This document shows, piece after piece, positions 16,372-24,453 of a DNA stretch of 29,879 nt. The stretch lies in IMG/VR virus record IMGVR_UViG_3300017903_001839, positions 1-29,879 of that record; one strand, 5' to 3'. The translations under genes and the position numbers were made by a program. The notes beneath the pieces are model-generated. The model searched no databases. It had not been told where the DNA came from and was given only the letters and a program-made list of their open reading frames with translations. Source of the stretch: a virus (lineage: Duplodnaviria; Caudoviricetes). Positions within the stretch are counted from its first letter, which is position 1. Each line of letters begins with the position of its first letter.

Positions 16372-16875
16372 ATGGCAGACGATAGAGTAAGACGAGAAAC
16401 AGCAGAGTTGGTAAACTTACCTCCCCATACTTGGTATATAAGAGAAGTAGGGTGGTTACTTAAACAAGAAAAATTAAAAAATGTAAAAGATATTCCTTTA
16501 AATAAACCTTTACTGGAAAGTTTGAAAAGAGATGGGCCAAAAGCACCATTTCTTACAATGCAAAATTGGTACCCTATTGCAGGAAGTCAACGATGTAGAG
16601 CTTTACTAGAATTACCTGAACTGCATAGTCACGAAATAAGAATATGTAGATTTGATAAAGATTGGTGGAATTTATATTTTTTGTGGGGTGATGAAGCCTT
16701 TAGAAATAAAGCCATAGCTGTTTGGTTTCAAATGGCAGAGTTGGCATGGAAATCAAAATACTATCAGTATGAATACGATAGTGCAGGTGTAGAAATGAGA
16801 GAGTTTGAACGAATAGGAGATAGACTTCCATGGAAACATAAGTATGATTTCGAAAAAGGAAAATGGGAAAAATGA
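16372..16875 (+). CDS. Hypothetical protein, possible ParB-N-like fold
   Basis: LLESLKRDG..APF...IAGSQR.RAL resembles ParB-N box motifs. Confidence 0.5.
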   Translation: MADDRVRRETAELVNLPPHTWYIREVGWLLKQEKLKNVKDIPLNKPLLESLKRDGPKAPFLTMQNWYPIAGSQRCRALLELPELHSHEIRICRFDKDWWNLYFLWGDEAFRNKAIAVWFQMAELAWKSKYYQYEYDSAGVEMREFERIGDRLPWKHKYDFEKGKWEK

Positions 16876-17504
16876 TTGGAGAATTTGGAGTTAATAGATT
16901 AAAAAGAGAATATAGAGCTATTCACAGCGATAAAAAAGTTGGAAGAATGATAGGAGATCAAGTTATACACCATGTATGGGAAATACAAGATTTAACATTT
17001 AAATTTCCAGGTGGCAATAATTTATTAGATTTTGGTTGTGGAAAAAGGTATGCTTACATCTATAGAAAAATAAACAGACTTTGGGATGTAAATAATATGG
17101 TTTACTACGATCTAGGTATAAAAGGAATTGATAGACTGCCAGATCAATCAGAATTTAATTGTTTAATTAGTATAGATGTACTAGAGCATATACCAGAAGA
17201 AGAAATAGATGATATATTTCAATACTGGTATCATAAAGATATGAAATTTGTATACGCTACTATAGCCGCTTATCCCGCAGTAGCAAAACTAGCAGATGGT
17301 AGTAACGCCCATGTAAATCAAAAAGAATGGTTTTGGTGGGAAAATAAAATAAGAAAGCATATAACTTGTGATACATTAATTTGTTATCAACCACAAAGAA
17401 GCCCAAAGACATGGCAATACCACTATTTTGATGTAAAAAATAGAAAGATTAGATTAAGAATAGACCATGGGAAAACAGTTCTTGACAACAGTAAAAATTT
17501 TTGA
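16863..17504 (+). CDS. Class I SAM-dependent methyltransferase (paralog of 15857..16369)
   Basis: LLDFGCGK, YYD, ISIDVLEHI, PA.AKL.DGSNAHVN.K. Confidence 0.83.
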   Translation: MGKMIGEFGVNRLKREYRAIHSDKKVGRMIGDQVIHHVWEIQDLTFKFPGGNNLLDFGCGKRYAYIYRKINRLWDVNNMVYYDLGIKGIDRLPDQSEFNCLISIDVLEHIPEEEIDDIFQYWYHKDMKFVYATIAAYPAVAKLADGSNAHVNQKEWFWWENKIRKHITCDTLICYQPQRSPKTWQYHYFDVKNRKIRLRIDHGKTVLDNSKNF

Positions 17505-17510
17505 TATAAT
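17472..17510 (+). promoter_or_regulatory. Sigma70-type promoter P6 (embedded in 3' end of methyltransferase CDS)
   Basis: AAAACAGTTC-TTGACA(17482-17487)-17 nt-TATAAT(17505-17510). Confidence 0.87.
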
Positions 17511-17519
17511 AATATATAA

Positions 17520-18371
17520 ATGATAGCCGAGGAACTTTTACAAGAAAAAAATATACCGTATCGTCTTAGCGGACAAGATGCGGTTATTTCGTGTCTAAAT
17601 CCAGAACACGATGATACTAATCCATCGATGAGAGTAGATAAAGTAACTGGTATCTTTCACTGTTTCTCATGTGGTTATAAAGGTAATTTATTTACCTATT
17701 TTGGTGCACCTTCTTCTCCGTTAGAAGTTCGTATGCACCGTATAAAGGACAAAATACAAAAAGTAAAAAGCGAAACTGTCGGAATTCAACTCCCCAAAGA
17801 CAGGTTGAAATGGAAAGGTGGTGGTTTTCGAAATATCTCAGAGGAAACTCTTGACATATGGGATGCGTTCACTTGGAATGTGCCTAAGTTTGAAAATCGT
17901 ATCATCTTTCCAATTCGTGATATCACAGGAAAGACAGTCGCTATGATAGGTAGAAGTCTAAATGACTTCGAACAAAACAAGTACTATATCTATCCACAAG
18001 GTGCAGAAATGCCTTTCTGCCCTGCAAAAGTCAAACCCATACAAAACAGAGTTATTCTAGTAGAGGGAATATTTGACGCTTTAAATCTTTGGGATAAAGG
18101 ATTAAAAAATACAATATGTTGTTTTGGTACTCAGCAGGTAAACTGGGTCAAATTGAGTCTACTAAAACTACAAGGAGTACAAGGAATCGACATCATGTTT
18201 GATGGAGATGACGCTGGAAGACAAGCAGCAGAACAAGCAAAAACTATTGCAGAGAAACTAGAAATGTCTGCAAGAGTAGTAAAACTAAGAGACAATGTAG
18301 ACCCAGGCAATTTAGTACAGTCAGAAATAACGAGATTAAAGGAGAAATTATATGGCAGTAGCAGTAATTGA
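17520..18371 (+). CDS. DNA primase (CHC2 Zn finger + TOPRIM)
   Basis: CLNPEH.D..PS......FHCFSCG; LVEGIFD, FG, FDGDDAG, DPG. Confidence 0.93.
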   Translation: MIAEELLQEKNIPYRLSGQDAVISCLNPEHDDTNPSMRVDKVTGIFHCFSCGYKGNLFTYFGAPSSPLEVRMHRIKDKIQKVKSETVGIQLPKDRLKWKGGGFRNISEETLDIWDAFTWNVPKFENRIIFPIRDITGKTVAMIGRSLNDFEQNKYYIYPQGAEMPFCPAKVKPIQNRVILVEGIFDALNLWDKGLKNTICCFGTQQVNWVKLSLLKLQGVQGIDIMFDGDDAGRQAAEQAKTIAEKLEMSARVVKLRDNVDPGNLVQSEITRLKEKLYGSSSN

Positions 18372-20616
18372 GACTACACCAAGCAGTATAAATTTTAGCA
18401 GACATTTAAAGTTTGAATTTGATAGATTTGCTTTGTGTAGTGATTCGAGCAAAAAGAAAATTCTAAAACGAGATGTCGATCTTGATATCAACCCCGATGA
18501 CTACGACTGGATAATTCTAGTCGGTAGTGAGCCTTTCAAACACTTTACAAGAAAAAGTTCCATAACAGAATACAATGGAAAAATCATTGATGATAAGTTT
18601 TTAGCACTTATCAACCCAGGAATCATCAAGTTTCGTCCCGAAGCAAAGAAATCTTTTGAAGAAGCACTAGAAAGCATACATGGCTTTGTAAGTGGAGAAT
18701 TAGTACAAAAAACAATCGGAGAAGATAAATGTTATGGAATACAAGACACAGAACAATTACACAAATTTTTAGAAGATGCCCTTTCAGCACCCTATGATTT
18801 TATAGGACTTGATAGTGAGACATCAGCATTGTATTGTAGAGATGGGTATATGCTCGGCTTCTCCTTATCGTATGAGCCAGAACATGGTGCATATATCTCT
18901 ACCGAGTGTATAGATGAGAAAGCAGAAAGACTTATGCAAACTTTATTCGACAAGAAGAGAGTGGTTTTTCACAATGCAAAGTTTGATTTACAATGGTTTC
19001 AATACCATTTCAACTTTAAATTCCCTCATTTCGAAGATACAATGCTGATGCATTATATGTTTGATGAAAACCCTGGCACACATGGTTTAAAAACACTTGC
19101 AATCAAGCACACAGACTACGGAGATTATGAAGCAGAACTCGAGAAGTGGATAGCAGATTATCGTAAGAGAACAGGAATACTCAAAGAATCATTCAGCTGG
19201 GACTTAGTTCCTTTTGATGTTATGAAAAACTATGCTGCAATGGATGCGGTAGTAACCTTTCTATTGTTTCAAAAGTTTGAAGCAGCTTTGTCAAAGAATG
19301 AAAAACTCATGTGGGTTTATAAAAATATTCTTCTCGAAGGATGTAGATTTCTTGTATCTGTAGAAGATAATGGTGTACCTTTCGATCTTGACAGATTGGA
19401 AATGGCTCAAAGCATTATGCAGAAAGATATTGATGCAGCAGTTGAGAAACTCAACAGTTATCCAGAAGTAAAAGCATTTATATCTGCAAAGGGCGGATTC
19501 AATCCGAACTCTACAGTACAATTACGAAGTTTATTATTTGACTATGTAGGCTTAGCCCCAACGGGTAAGAAAACGGGTACAGGAGCAGATAGTACAGACG
19601 CAGAAAGTCTGGGTAAACTTGCAAACGATCACCCGATACCTGAGTTAATTCTTGAGATTCGACAGAAGGTAAAGATTAAAACTACATATCTTGACAAGAT
19701 TATTCCTGCACTTGATCGTGACGGAAGGCTAAGAACAAACTTCAATCTACACGGCACAACATCAGGTCGCCTATCTTCTAGTGGAAAACTGAATATGCAA
19801 CAGTTACCGCGAGACAATCCTGCTGTAAAAGGATGTATTCGAGCAAAAGAAGGAAATAAAATAGTTGCGATGGACTTGACAACCGCAGAGGTTTATTGTG
19901 CGGCAGTTTTGGCAAAAGACAAATCACTGATGAAAGTTTTTCAAGATGGCGGAAACTTTCATAGTACGATTGCGAAGCAGGTATTTCGACTGCCATGTGA
20001 GGTCGATGATGTCGCAGAGCATTATACTGCCGAAAGACAACAGGCAAAAGCTGTAACTTTCGGAATCATGTATGGTGCAGGTCCTGCGAAAATCAGCGAA
20101 CAAGTTACAAAAGATAGTGGCAAATATTTTAGTCCTTCCGAAGCAAAACAAACTATTGATGATTATTTTGAAGCGTTTCCTAATTTGAGAAGATGGCTAA
20201 ATGACGTAAAAGCATTTATTCAAGCAAATGGATTTATTTATAGTTTCTTTGGTAGAAAAAGAAGATTGCCAAATGCTTTTTCGAATGATAAAGGTATTGC
20301 CTCTCACGAAGTTCGATCAGGTGTAAATAGTCTAGTTCAGTCTGTTGCATCTGATGTAAATTTACTTGGAGCAATTGATATGCAAAAATACATAGAAAAG
20401 ACAGGAATGAAAGCTAAAATCTTTGCTCTCGTTCATGACTCCGTTCTCGCAGAAGTTCCAGAAGATGAAGTAGAACTTTATGTAGAAAAACTAAGAGAAT
20501 GTATACAAGCGGATCGTGGACTCAGCATACCAGGTACTCCAATTGGTTGTGACTTTGATGTTGCAGAAGATTATTCACTTGGTAAGTTCGAGGATAAGTA
20601 TGGAACTATACAATAA
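18352..20616 (+). CDS. pol: Family A DNA polymerase with 3'-5' exonuclease, T5-like
   Basis: ExoI DSET, ExoII HNAKFD, ExoIII YAAMD; TTSGRLSS, motif A DLTTAE, motif B RQQAKAVTFGIMYG, motif C VHDS. Confidence 0.96.
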   Translation: MAVAVIETTPSSINFSRHLKFEFDRFALCSDSSKKKILKRDVDLDINPDDYDWIILVGSEPFKHFTRKSSITEYNGKIIDDKFLALINPGIIKFRPEAKKSFEEALESIHGFVSGELVQKTIGEDKCYGIQDTEQLHKFLEDALSAPYDFIGLDSETSALYCRDGYMLGFSLSYEPEHGAYISTECIDEKAERLMQTLFDKKRVVFHNAKFDLQWFQYHFNFKFPHFEDTMLMHYMFDENPGTHGLKTLAIKHTDYGDYEAELEKWIADYRKRTGILKESFSWDLVPFDVMKNYAAMDAVVTFLLFQKFEAALSKNEKLMWVYKNILLEGCRFLVSVEDNGVPFDLDRLEMAQSIMQKDIDAAVEKLNSYPEVKAFISAKGGFNPNSTVQLRSLLFDYVGLAPTGKKTGTGADSTDAESLGKLANDHPIPELILEIRQKVKIKTTYLDKIIPALDRDGRLRTNFNLHGTTSGRLSSSGKLNMQQLPRDNPAVKGCIRAKEGNKIVAMDLTTAEVYCAAVLAKDKSLMKVFQDGGNFHSTIAKQVFRLPCEVDDVAEHYTAERQQAKAVTFGIMYGAGPAKISEQVTKDSGKYFSPSEAKQTIDDYFEAFPNLRRWLNDVKAFIQANGFIYSFFGRKRRLPNAFSNDKGIASHEVRSGVNSLVQSVASDVNLLGAIDMQKYIEKTGMKAKIFALVHDSVLAEVPEDEVELYVEKLRECIQADRGLSIPGTPIGCDFDVAEDYSLGKFEDKYGTIQ

Positions 20617-21235
20617 TTTTTATTTTCCAGACGGGGACATACACACTCCGCCTGCTATGTTTCAAGAGTGGGAGGAGAAAGGTACACAAGTATTAAGCTA
20701 TGTTCCAGTTCGAGACGTTGTAGTACAGGCAGGAGGTAACTCTGGTGTATTTCCAGTTAAACTTGCAAAATATTTTAATAGAGTTTTTACCTTTGAGCCG
20801 ATTGAAGAAAATTGGGATTGCCTTGCTACAAACATACTAGAAAGAGATATTGGCAATATAAAATATTTTAAATCAGGACTTGGAAGTCGAAAAGGTAATG
20901 CAGAAGTAAGTGGAGTAGTACCAGGAAACTTTGGTGCAACCTCAATTGCATATTCAGATAATGGTAGTATAAATATGACTACTATTGATGATATGGGACT
21001 TGATAGACTTGATTTACTTTGGCTTGATGTCGAAGGATTCGAACTAGAAGCAATTCAAGGAGGAGAACTTACAATAAGGCAGCATAAGCCAATTATAGTT
21101 CTTGAAAATAAAGGTCATATATACGGAGATGAGTTTAAACCTGATGGAGACCAAAGAGTAGTAGATTGGATGCTAGAATTTGGATATGAAAGAAAGCAAA
21201 GAATTATGAGAGATGATATTTATGTTAGTAACTGA
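20600..21235 (+). CDS. FkbM-family methyltransferase
   Basis: VVQAGGNSG, V.TFEP...N, TIDD, DLLWLDVEGFE...IQG...TI...KP.IVLE; GAGG SD before ATG 20600. Confidence 0.88.
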   Translation: MELYNNFYFPDGDIHTPPAMFQEWEEKGTQVLSYVPVRDVVVQAGGNSGVFPVKLAKYFNRVFTFEPIEENWDCLATNILERDIGNIKYFKSGLGSRKGNAEVSGVVPGNFGATSIAYSDNGSINMTTIDDMGLDRLDLLWLDVEGFELEAIQGGELTIRQHKPIIVLENKGHIYGDEFKPDGDQRVVDWMLEFGYERKQRIMRDDIYVSN

Positions 21236-21659
21236 TGAAAAAATATTAAGACAATTAAGTAAAGAATGGGGAGGCACAAAAGAAGAGCTAGCCATCCTAT
21301 TAAATTTTATGGAAAGAGAGATGACCGAGCAAAACGGCATTGGAATCGCAGCAATACAGATAGGAAAACCTTTTCGGGTTTTTCTTGCACGTTTAGAAGC
21401 AGGTCTAAAGGCGTTTGTGAATCCCTCCATCCTATCACTCGGCTCATATAAGAAAGGTGAGTGGGAAGGTTGTCTCTCTATGCCAGATATACAAGTAAGA
21501 ACAAAAAGAAGTCAAAGTATTACACTTGAGTATTTTGATGAAAATTTAGAAAAACAGAAACAAACATTTAAAAAATTTGATGCAGTAATCGTACAACATG
21601 AACTAGATCATCTAAATGGAAAACTATGCGTAGACAGAGGAAAAGTCTATGCCCCCTAG
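21213..21659 (+). CDS. def: Peptide deformylase
   Basis: GIGIAAIQ, EGCLS, QHELDHLNG: all three PDF motifs (start may be 21222). Confidence 0.95.
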   Translation: MIFMLVTDEKILRQLSKEWGGTKEELAILLNFMEREMTEQNGIGIAAIQIGKPFRVFLARLEAGLKAFVNPSILSLGSYKKGEWEGCLSMPDIQVRTKRSQSITLEYFDENLEKQKQTFKKFDAVIVQHELDHLNGKLCVDRGKVYAP

Positions 21660-22314
21660 AACATTAATCGCTGCAGGTGGTGGTGTTGAAAGTGCTTTAG
21701 CTATTGCGTATGCACGAGACAACGGTCTTAATCCAATAGTTGTTACAGAAGAAATAGCAAATATTCTTGCTGTAAAAAAGATGACGGAAGCAGTACAAAA
21801 GCAGTGTGATTTCTTTGGAGTAGATTGTCACATATTAAAAAATGATGTGCCAATGAAAAATTTAAATGTACCCGCAGGGGATTGGCTAATTGATGTATGT
21901 GTAAAATTTATCTTAGGGAATCCTCAATATAGATGGACTCATGTAATTGGTCCTGGAATGTCAGAGGACTGTATGCAACAAAGAGTACAATTTAAATACA
22001 TTCAAAGAGTAGTTGCAGCAAGATGGAGTAACAATTTTGAACTATCGGGAATAGACTGGAATCATTATACAAAAATGCCTCAGTTTTTATTTCCGAATGA
22101 ATATTTAACAAAAGCTGAGGTAGTTGCAATTTTATTTAACAAGTACCCAGAAGTAATGAAAATGATATGGACTTGTGTAGACCCAACAAAAGAAGGTAAA
22201 CCTTGTTTAAAATGTCATAAATGTGTAGAGTACAGAGCTGCGAAAGATGCAGCCAAAAGAGCAAGAAGGCGAGTGCAAGAAGGAGTAAAATTAGATGATA
22301 ACCTGCGTGGTTAA
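21649..22314 (+). CDS. QueC-like (adenine-nucleotide alpha-hydrolase fold) protein with atypical PP-loop
   Basis: N-terminal AGGGVES (vs SGGxDS); P...LTK.E; C-terminal WTC-x8-C-x2-C-x2-C Zn site. Confidence 0.65.
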   Translation: MPPRTLIAAGGGVESALAIAYARDNGLNPIVVTEEIANILAVKKMTEAVQKQCDFFGVDCHILKNDVPMKNLNVPAGDWLIDVCVKFILGNPQYRWTHVIGPGMSEDCMQQRVQFKYIQRVVAARWSNNFELSGIDWNHYTKMPQFLFPNEYLTKAEVVAILFNKYPEVMKMIWTCVDPTKEGKPCLKCHKCVEYRAAKDAAKRARRRVQEGVKLDDNLRG

Positions 22315-22789
22315 ACAATTTCATGAGTTAACACCTGATGAGCTTTATAGAATTATACAGTTACGAATTGATAACTTTATAGTAAGAAATAAAAATGCTT
22401 ATCAAGATTTACATGCGTACTATGATAAAGATGGATATCATTTAATGTTTTATAGTACAAAATTAGGTCATCATCCCGAAAATATGGTGGGTTGTTCTCA
22501 TGTGTGTGGAAAACAAGTATTTTATGATGAAGAAGGCAAAGAGTACAAATATCCAACATACCGCAGACAAGTGTGGCTAGAAGGTTACAGAGATTATGAA
22601 CTAGAGTTGAAAATCGTAGATGAACTTGCAGAAAAAATATGTGGAGAAAAAATGTGGATGGCGGAACTTTTTGATGAGAAATGGTTTAAATACTATACAG
22701 AAAAGACTTTTCATCCGCATGGATATCGATATATAAATAAAGTAGAAGATGAAGATTGGGGTTCTGTTTGGCAGATTATAAAAACATGA
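22295..22789 (+). CDS. ElaA-like GNAT-fold protein
   Basis: K.F.ELT..ELY.I.QLR...F.V....YQDL...D...HL, the ElaA N-terminal signature; C-half divergent. Confidence 0.6.
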   Translation: MITCVVKQFHELTPDELYRIIQLRIDNFIVRNKNAYQDLHAYYDKDGYHLMFYSTKLGHHPENMVGCSHVCGKQVFYDEEGKEYKYPTYRRQVWLEGYRDYELELKIVDELAEKICGEKMWMAELFDEKWFKYYTEKTFHPHGYRYINKVEDEDWGSVWQIIKT

Positions 22790-23172
22790 TATATCAAATA
22801 AACTGGGGTGCAGACAAAGAGTATATAATTGATTACTGGAAAAGAACGCATAAGCACATTGTAGAAGATCAATGGATCAAAGCATTTATAAACCCTTTGC
22901 GTCCACCAGAGTGTAAAGAATATAAGATACATATAGATAGTTTTGAAAAAGGTTATTTAAAAAAACCAATGAAAAAAGCTAAAGTAGATATTATATGGAA
23001 TTTAAAAGGAGATTACTTTATAAACGATACTAAAATAAATGTAGCAATAATAGATTGTTCGAAACTACATGGTGTAAAACCACTAGAAGAACCTGCTTTA
23101 AATTTAAGAATAAGTATGTCAGGAGTAAGTTATAAAAGAGTATGCGAAAGATTCGATTCCCTATATATGTAA
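22786..23172 (+). CDS. Hypothetical protein, possible reduced cupin/oxygenase fold
   Basis: ATGA overlap; IHID...IIWNL...AIID.SKLHGV....R.S. Confidence 0.45.
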   Translation: MIYQINWGADKEYIIDYWKRTHKHIVEDQWIKAFINPLRPPECKEYKIHIDSFEKGYLKKPMKKAKVDIIWNLKGDYFINDTKINVAIIDCSKLHGVKPLEEPALNLRISMSGVSYKRVCERFDSLYM

Positions 23173-23612
23173 TAAGTGATGAGCCAGAAGAAATAGATGG
23201 ACTAGTTCTCATAGGAGATCAAATAGTAGACGATAAAAATATGACAGGCACTACTATTGGAATGAGAAGGCTACAAACTCCCATGAAAAGTAAGTATCCG
23301 CTTCGTTATCAAATTGATGATGAGGTAGGAATGATGAAACATAGAGGAAAACATTTTATAGATACAGATGGTATTTATTGGTATAATGAAAAAACAGTTA
23401 CAGCACCTTTAAAATATCATAAAATTAGAAAAATAGAGAAGAAAGATATAGCAACAGTTATTTGGATAAAAGATTGTCCTTTTCCGTTTGTAGAAGCAAG
23501 ACCACCAAAGGAAGGTTCTAGCTGGGCGGGAGTGTTATATCAAAAGGGTATTCCTTGGAAAATATGGGAATACTGTGAAGAAAGGAAAAAAGATACATGG
23601 CGAAAAGTTTAG
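23142..23612 (+). CDS. Conserved T5-like hypothetical protein (pol-D10 interval)
   Basis: FP.Y....VDD.N..G..IG.RRL...FIDT.G pattern; T5 synteny. Confidence 0.65.
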   Translation: MRKIRFPIYVISDEPEEIDGLVLIGDQIVDDKNMTGTTIGMRRLQTPMKSKYPLRYQIDDEVGMMKHRGKHFIDTDGIYWYNEKTVTAPLKYHKIRKIEKKDIATVIWIKDCPFPFVEARPPKEGSSWAGVLYQKGIPWKIWEYCEERKKDTWRKV

Positions 23613-23824
23613 AACAAGCGTTAGAAAACGGAATAGTACTAATTAAATTTGAAAGTTTAAAAAGTGGAAGTATATATGAAAGAGAATACACTCTTTCTGA
23701 TAAGTATGTTCCCATGAAAATCGATAATCAATCTGGGAATAAACTCATATGTTATGATGTTGAATTTTGTAAGTGGGAAGATATTGAAAGAGATACTATT
23801 ATAAAATGGAAGATAATGGAATGA
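23597..23824 (+). CDS. Hypothetical small beta-barrel (WYL/SH3-like) protein
   Basis: AAGGA upstream; L..G.V.I.F....G....R..TL...YDV....W. Confidence 0.55.
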   Translation: MAKSLEQALENGIVLIKFESLKSGSIYEREYTLSDKYVPMKIDNQSGNKLICYDVEFCKWEDIERDTIIKWKIME

Positions 23825-24453
23825 AAGTTATAACATATTACACAGAAAATTATAAAACAATTGTAAAACCTTTACTAGAATCTTTGGAAAAGTTTGAGTT
23901 GTCTTACTTTGCAAAAGAGTATGCAAACAAAGGCACATGGGAAGAAAATTGTGGAATAAAACCTTTCTTTATACAAGAGTGTTTAGAAAAGTTTGATGAA
24001 GATTTATTATGGATTGATGCAGATGCTGAAGTAGTACAACAGTTACCTTTAGAGATACTTCCTACAGATGGAAAAATGATGTTACATATTCTAGTATGGA
24101 GAGAAGCTCCTCTAGGTAAGTGGATGAATGAACTTGTAAGTAATGTTATATTTATTCCAAACAATGATTTTAATAAACGGATCGTAAATGAGTGGTGCCA
24201 ACACCAAGAAAATAATCCTATGAGATGGGATCAGAGAACACTTACAGAAGTATTAAATAAATATAAAGATTATAAGTTTCATACTTTTCCAAAAGGGTGG
24301 GCTTACATAGATAAATATTACAGGCAGTTTAATCCTGATATTTACATAGTTCAAAAACAAATTAGTAATGAGACAAAAGAAACTTTTCAGGATCAACTTG
24401 ATGAATTCTATCCCGATAAATTACCAGATATAGAGGACTTAGAGGAAATATAA
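23821..24453 (+). CDS. Nucleotide-diphospho-sugar transferase (GT-A)
   Basis: W..N...KP.FI...L, LLWIDADA (DxD), W......WDQ..L; ATGA overlap. Confidence 0.78.
   Translation: MKVITYYTENYKTIVKPLLESLEKFELSYFAKEYANKGTWEENCGIKPFFIQECLEKFDEDLLWIDADAEVVQQLPLEILPTDGKMMLHILVWREAPLGKWMNELVSNVIFIPNNDFNKRIVNEWCQHQENNPMRWDQRTLTEVLNKYKDYKFHTFPKGWAYIDKYYRQFNPDIYIVQKQISNETKETFQDQLDEFYPDKLPDIEDLEEI

Noticed and set aside
15857-17504. Restriction-modification system or DNA methyltransferases
   Set aside because: No DPPY/NPPY or PC catalytic motifs and no adjacent restriction nuclease
18352-20616. Intein/intron or unusual specificity residue in the DNA polymerase
   Set aside because: Continuous 754-aa ORF with normally spaced motifs; motif B has the ordinary Phe at the E. 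coli 762-equivalent position; the N-terminal extension is consistent with T5-type polymerases
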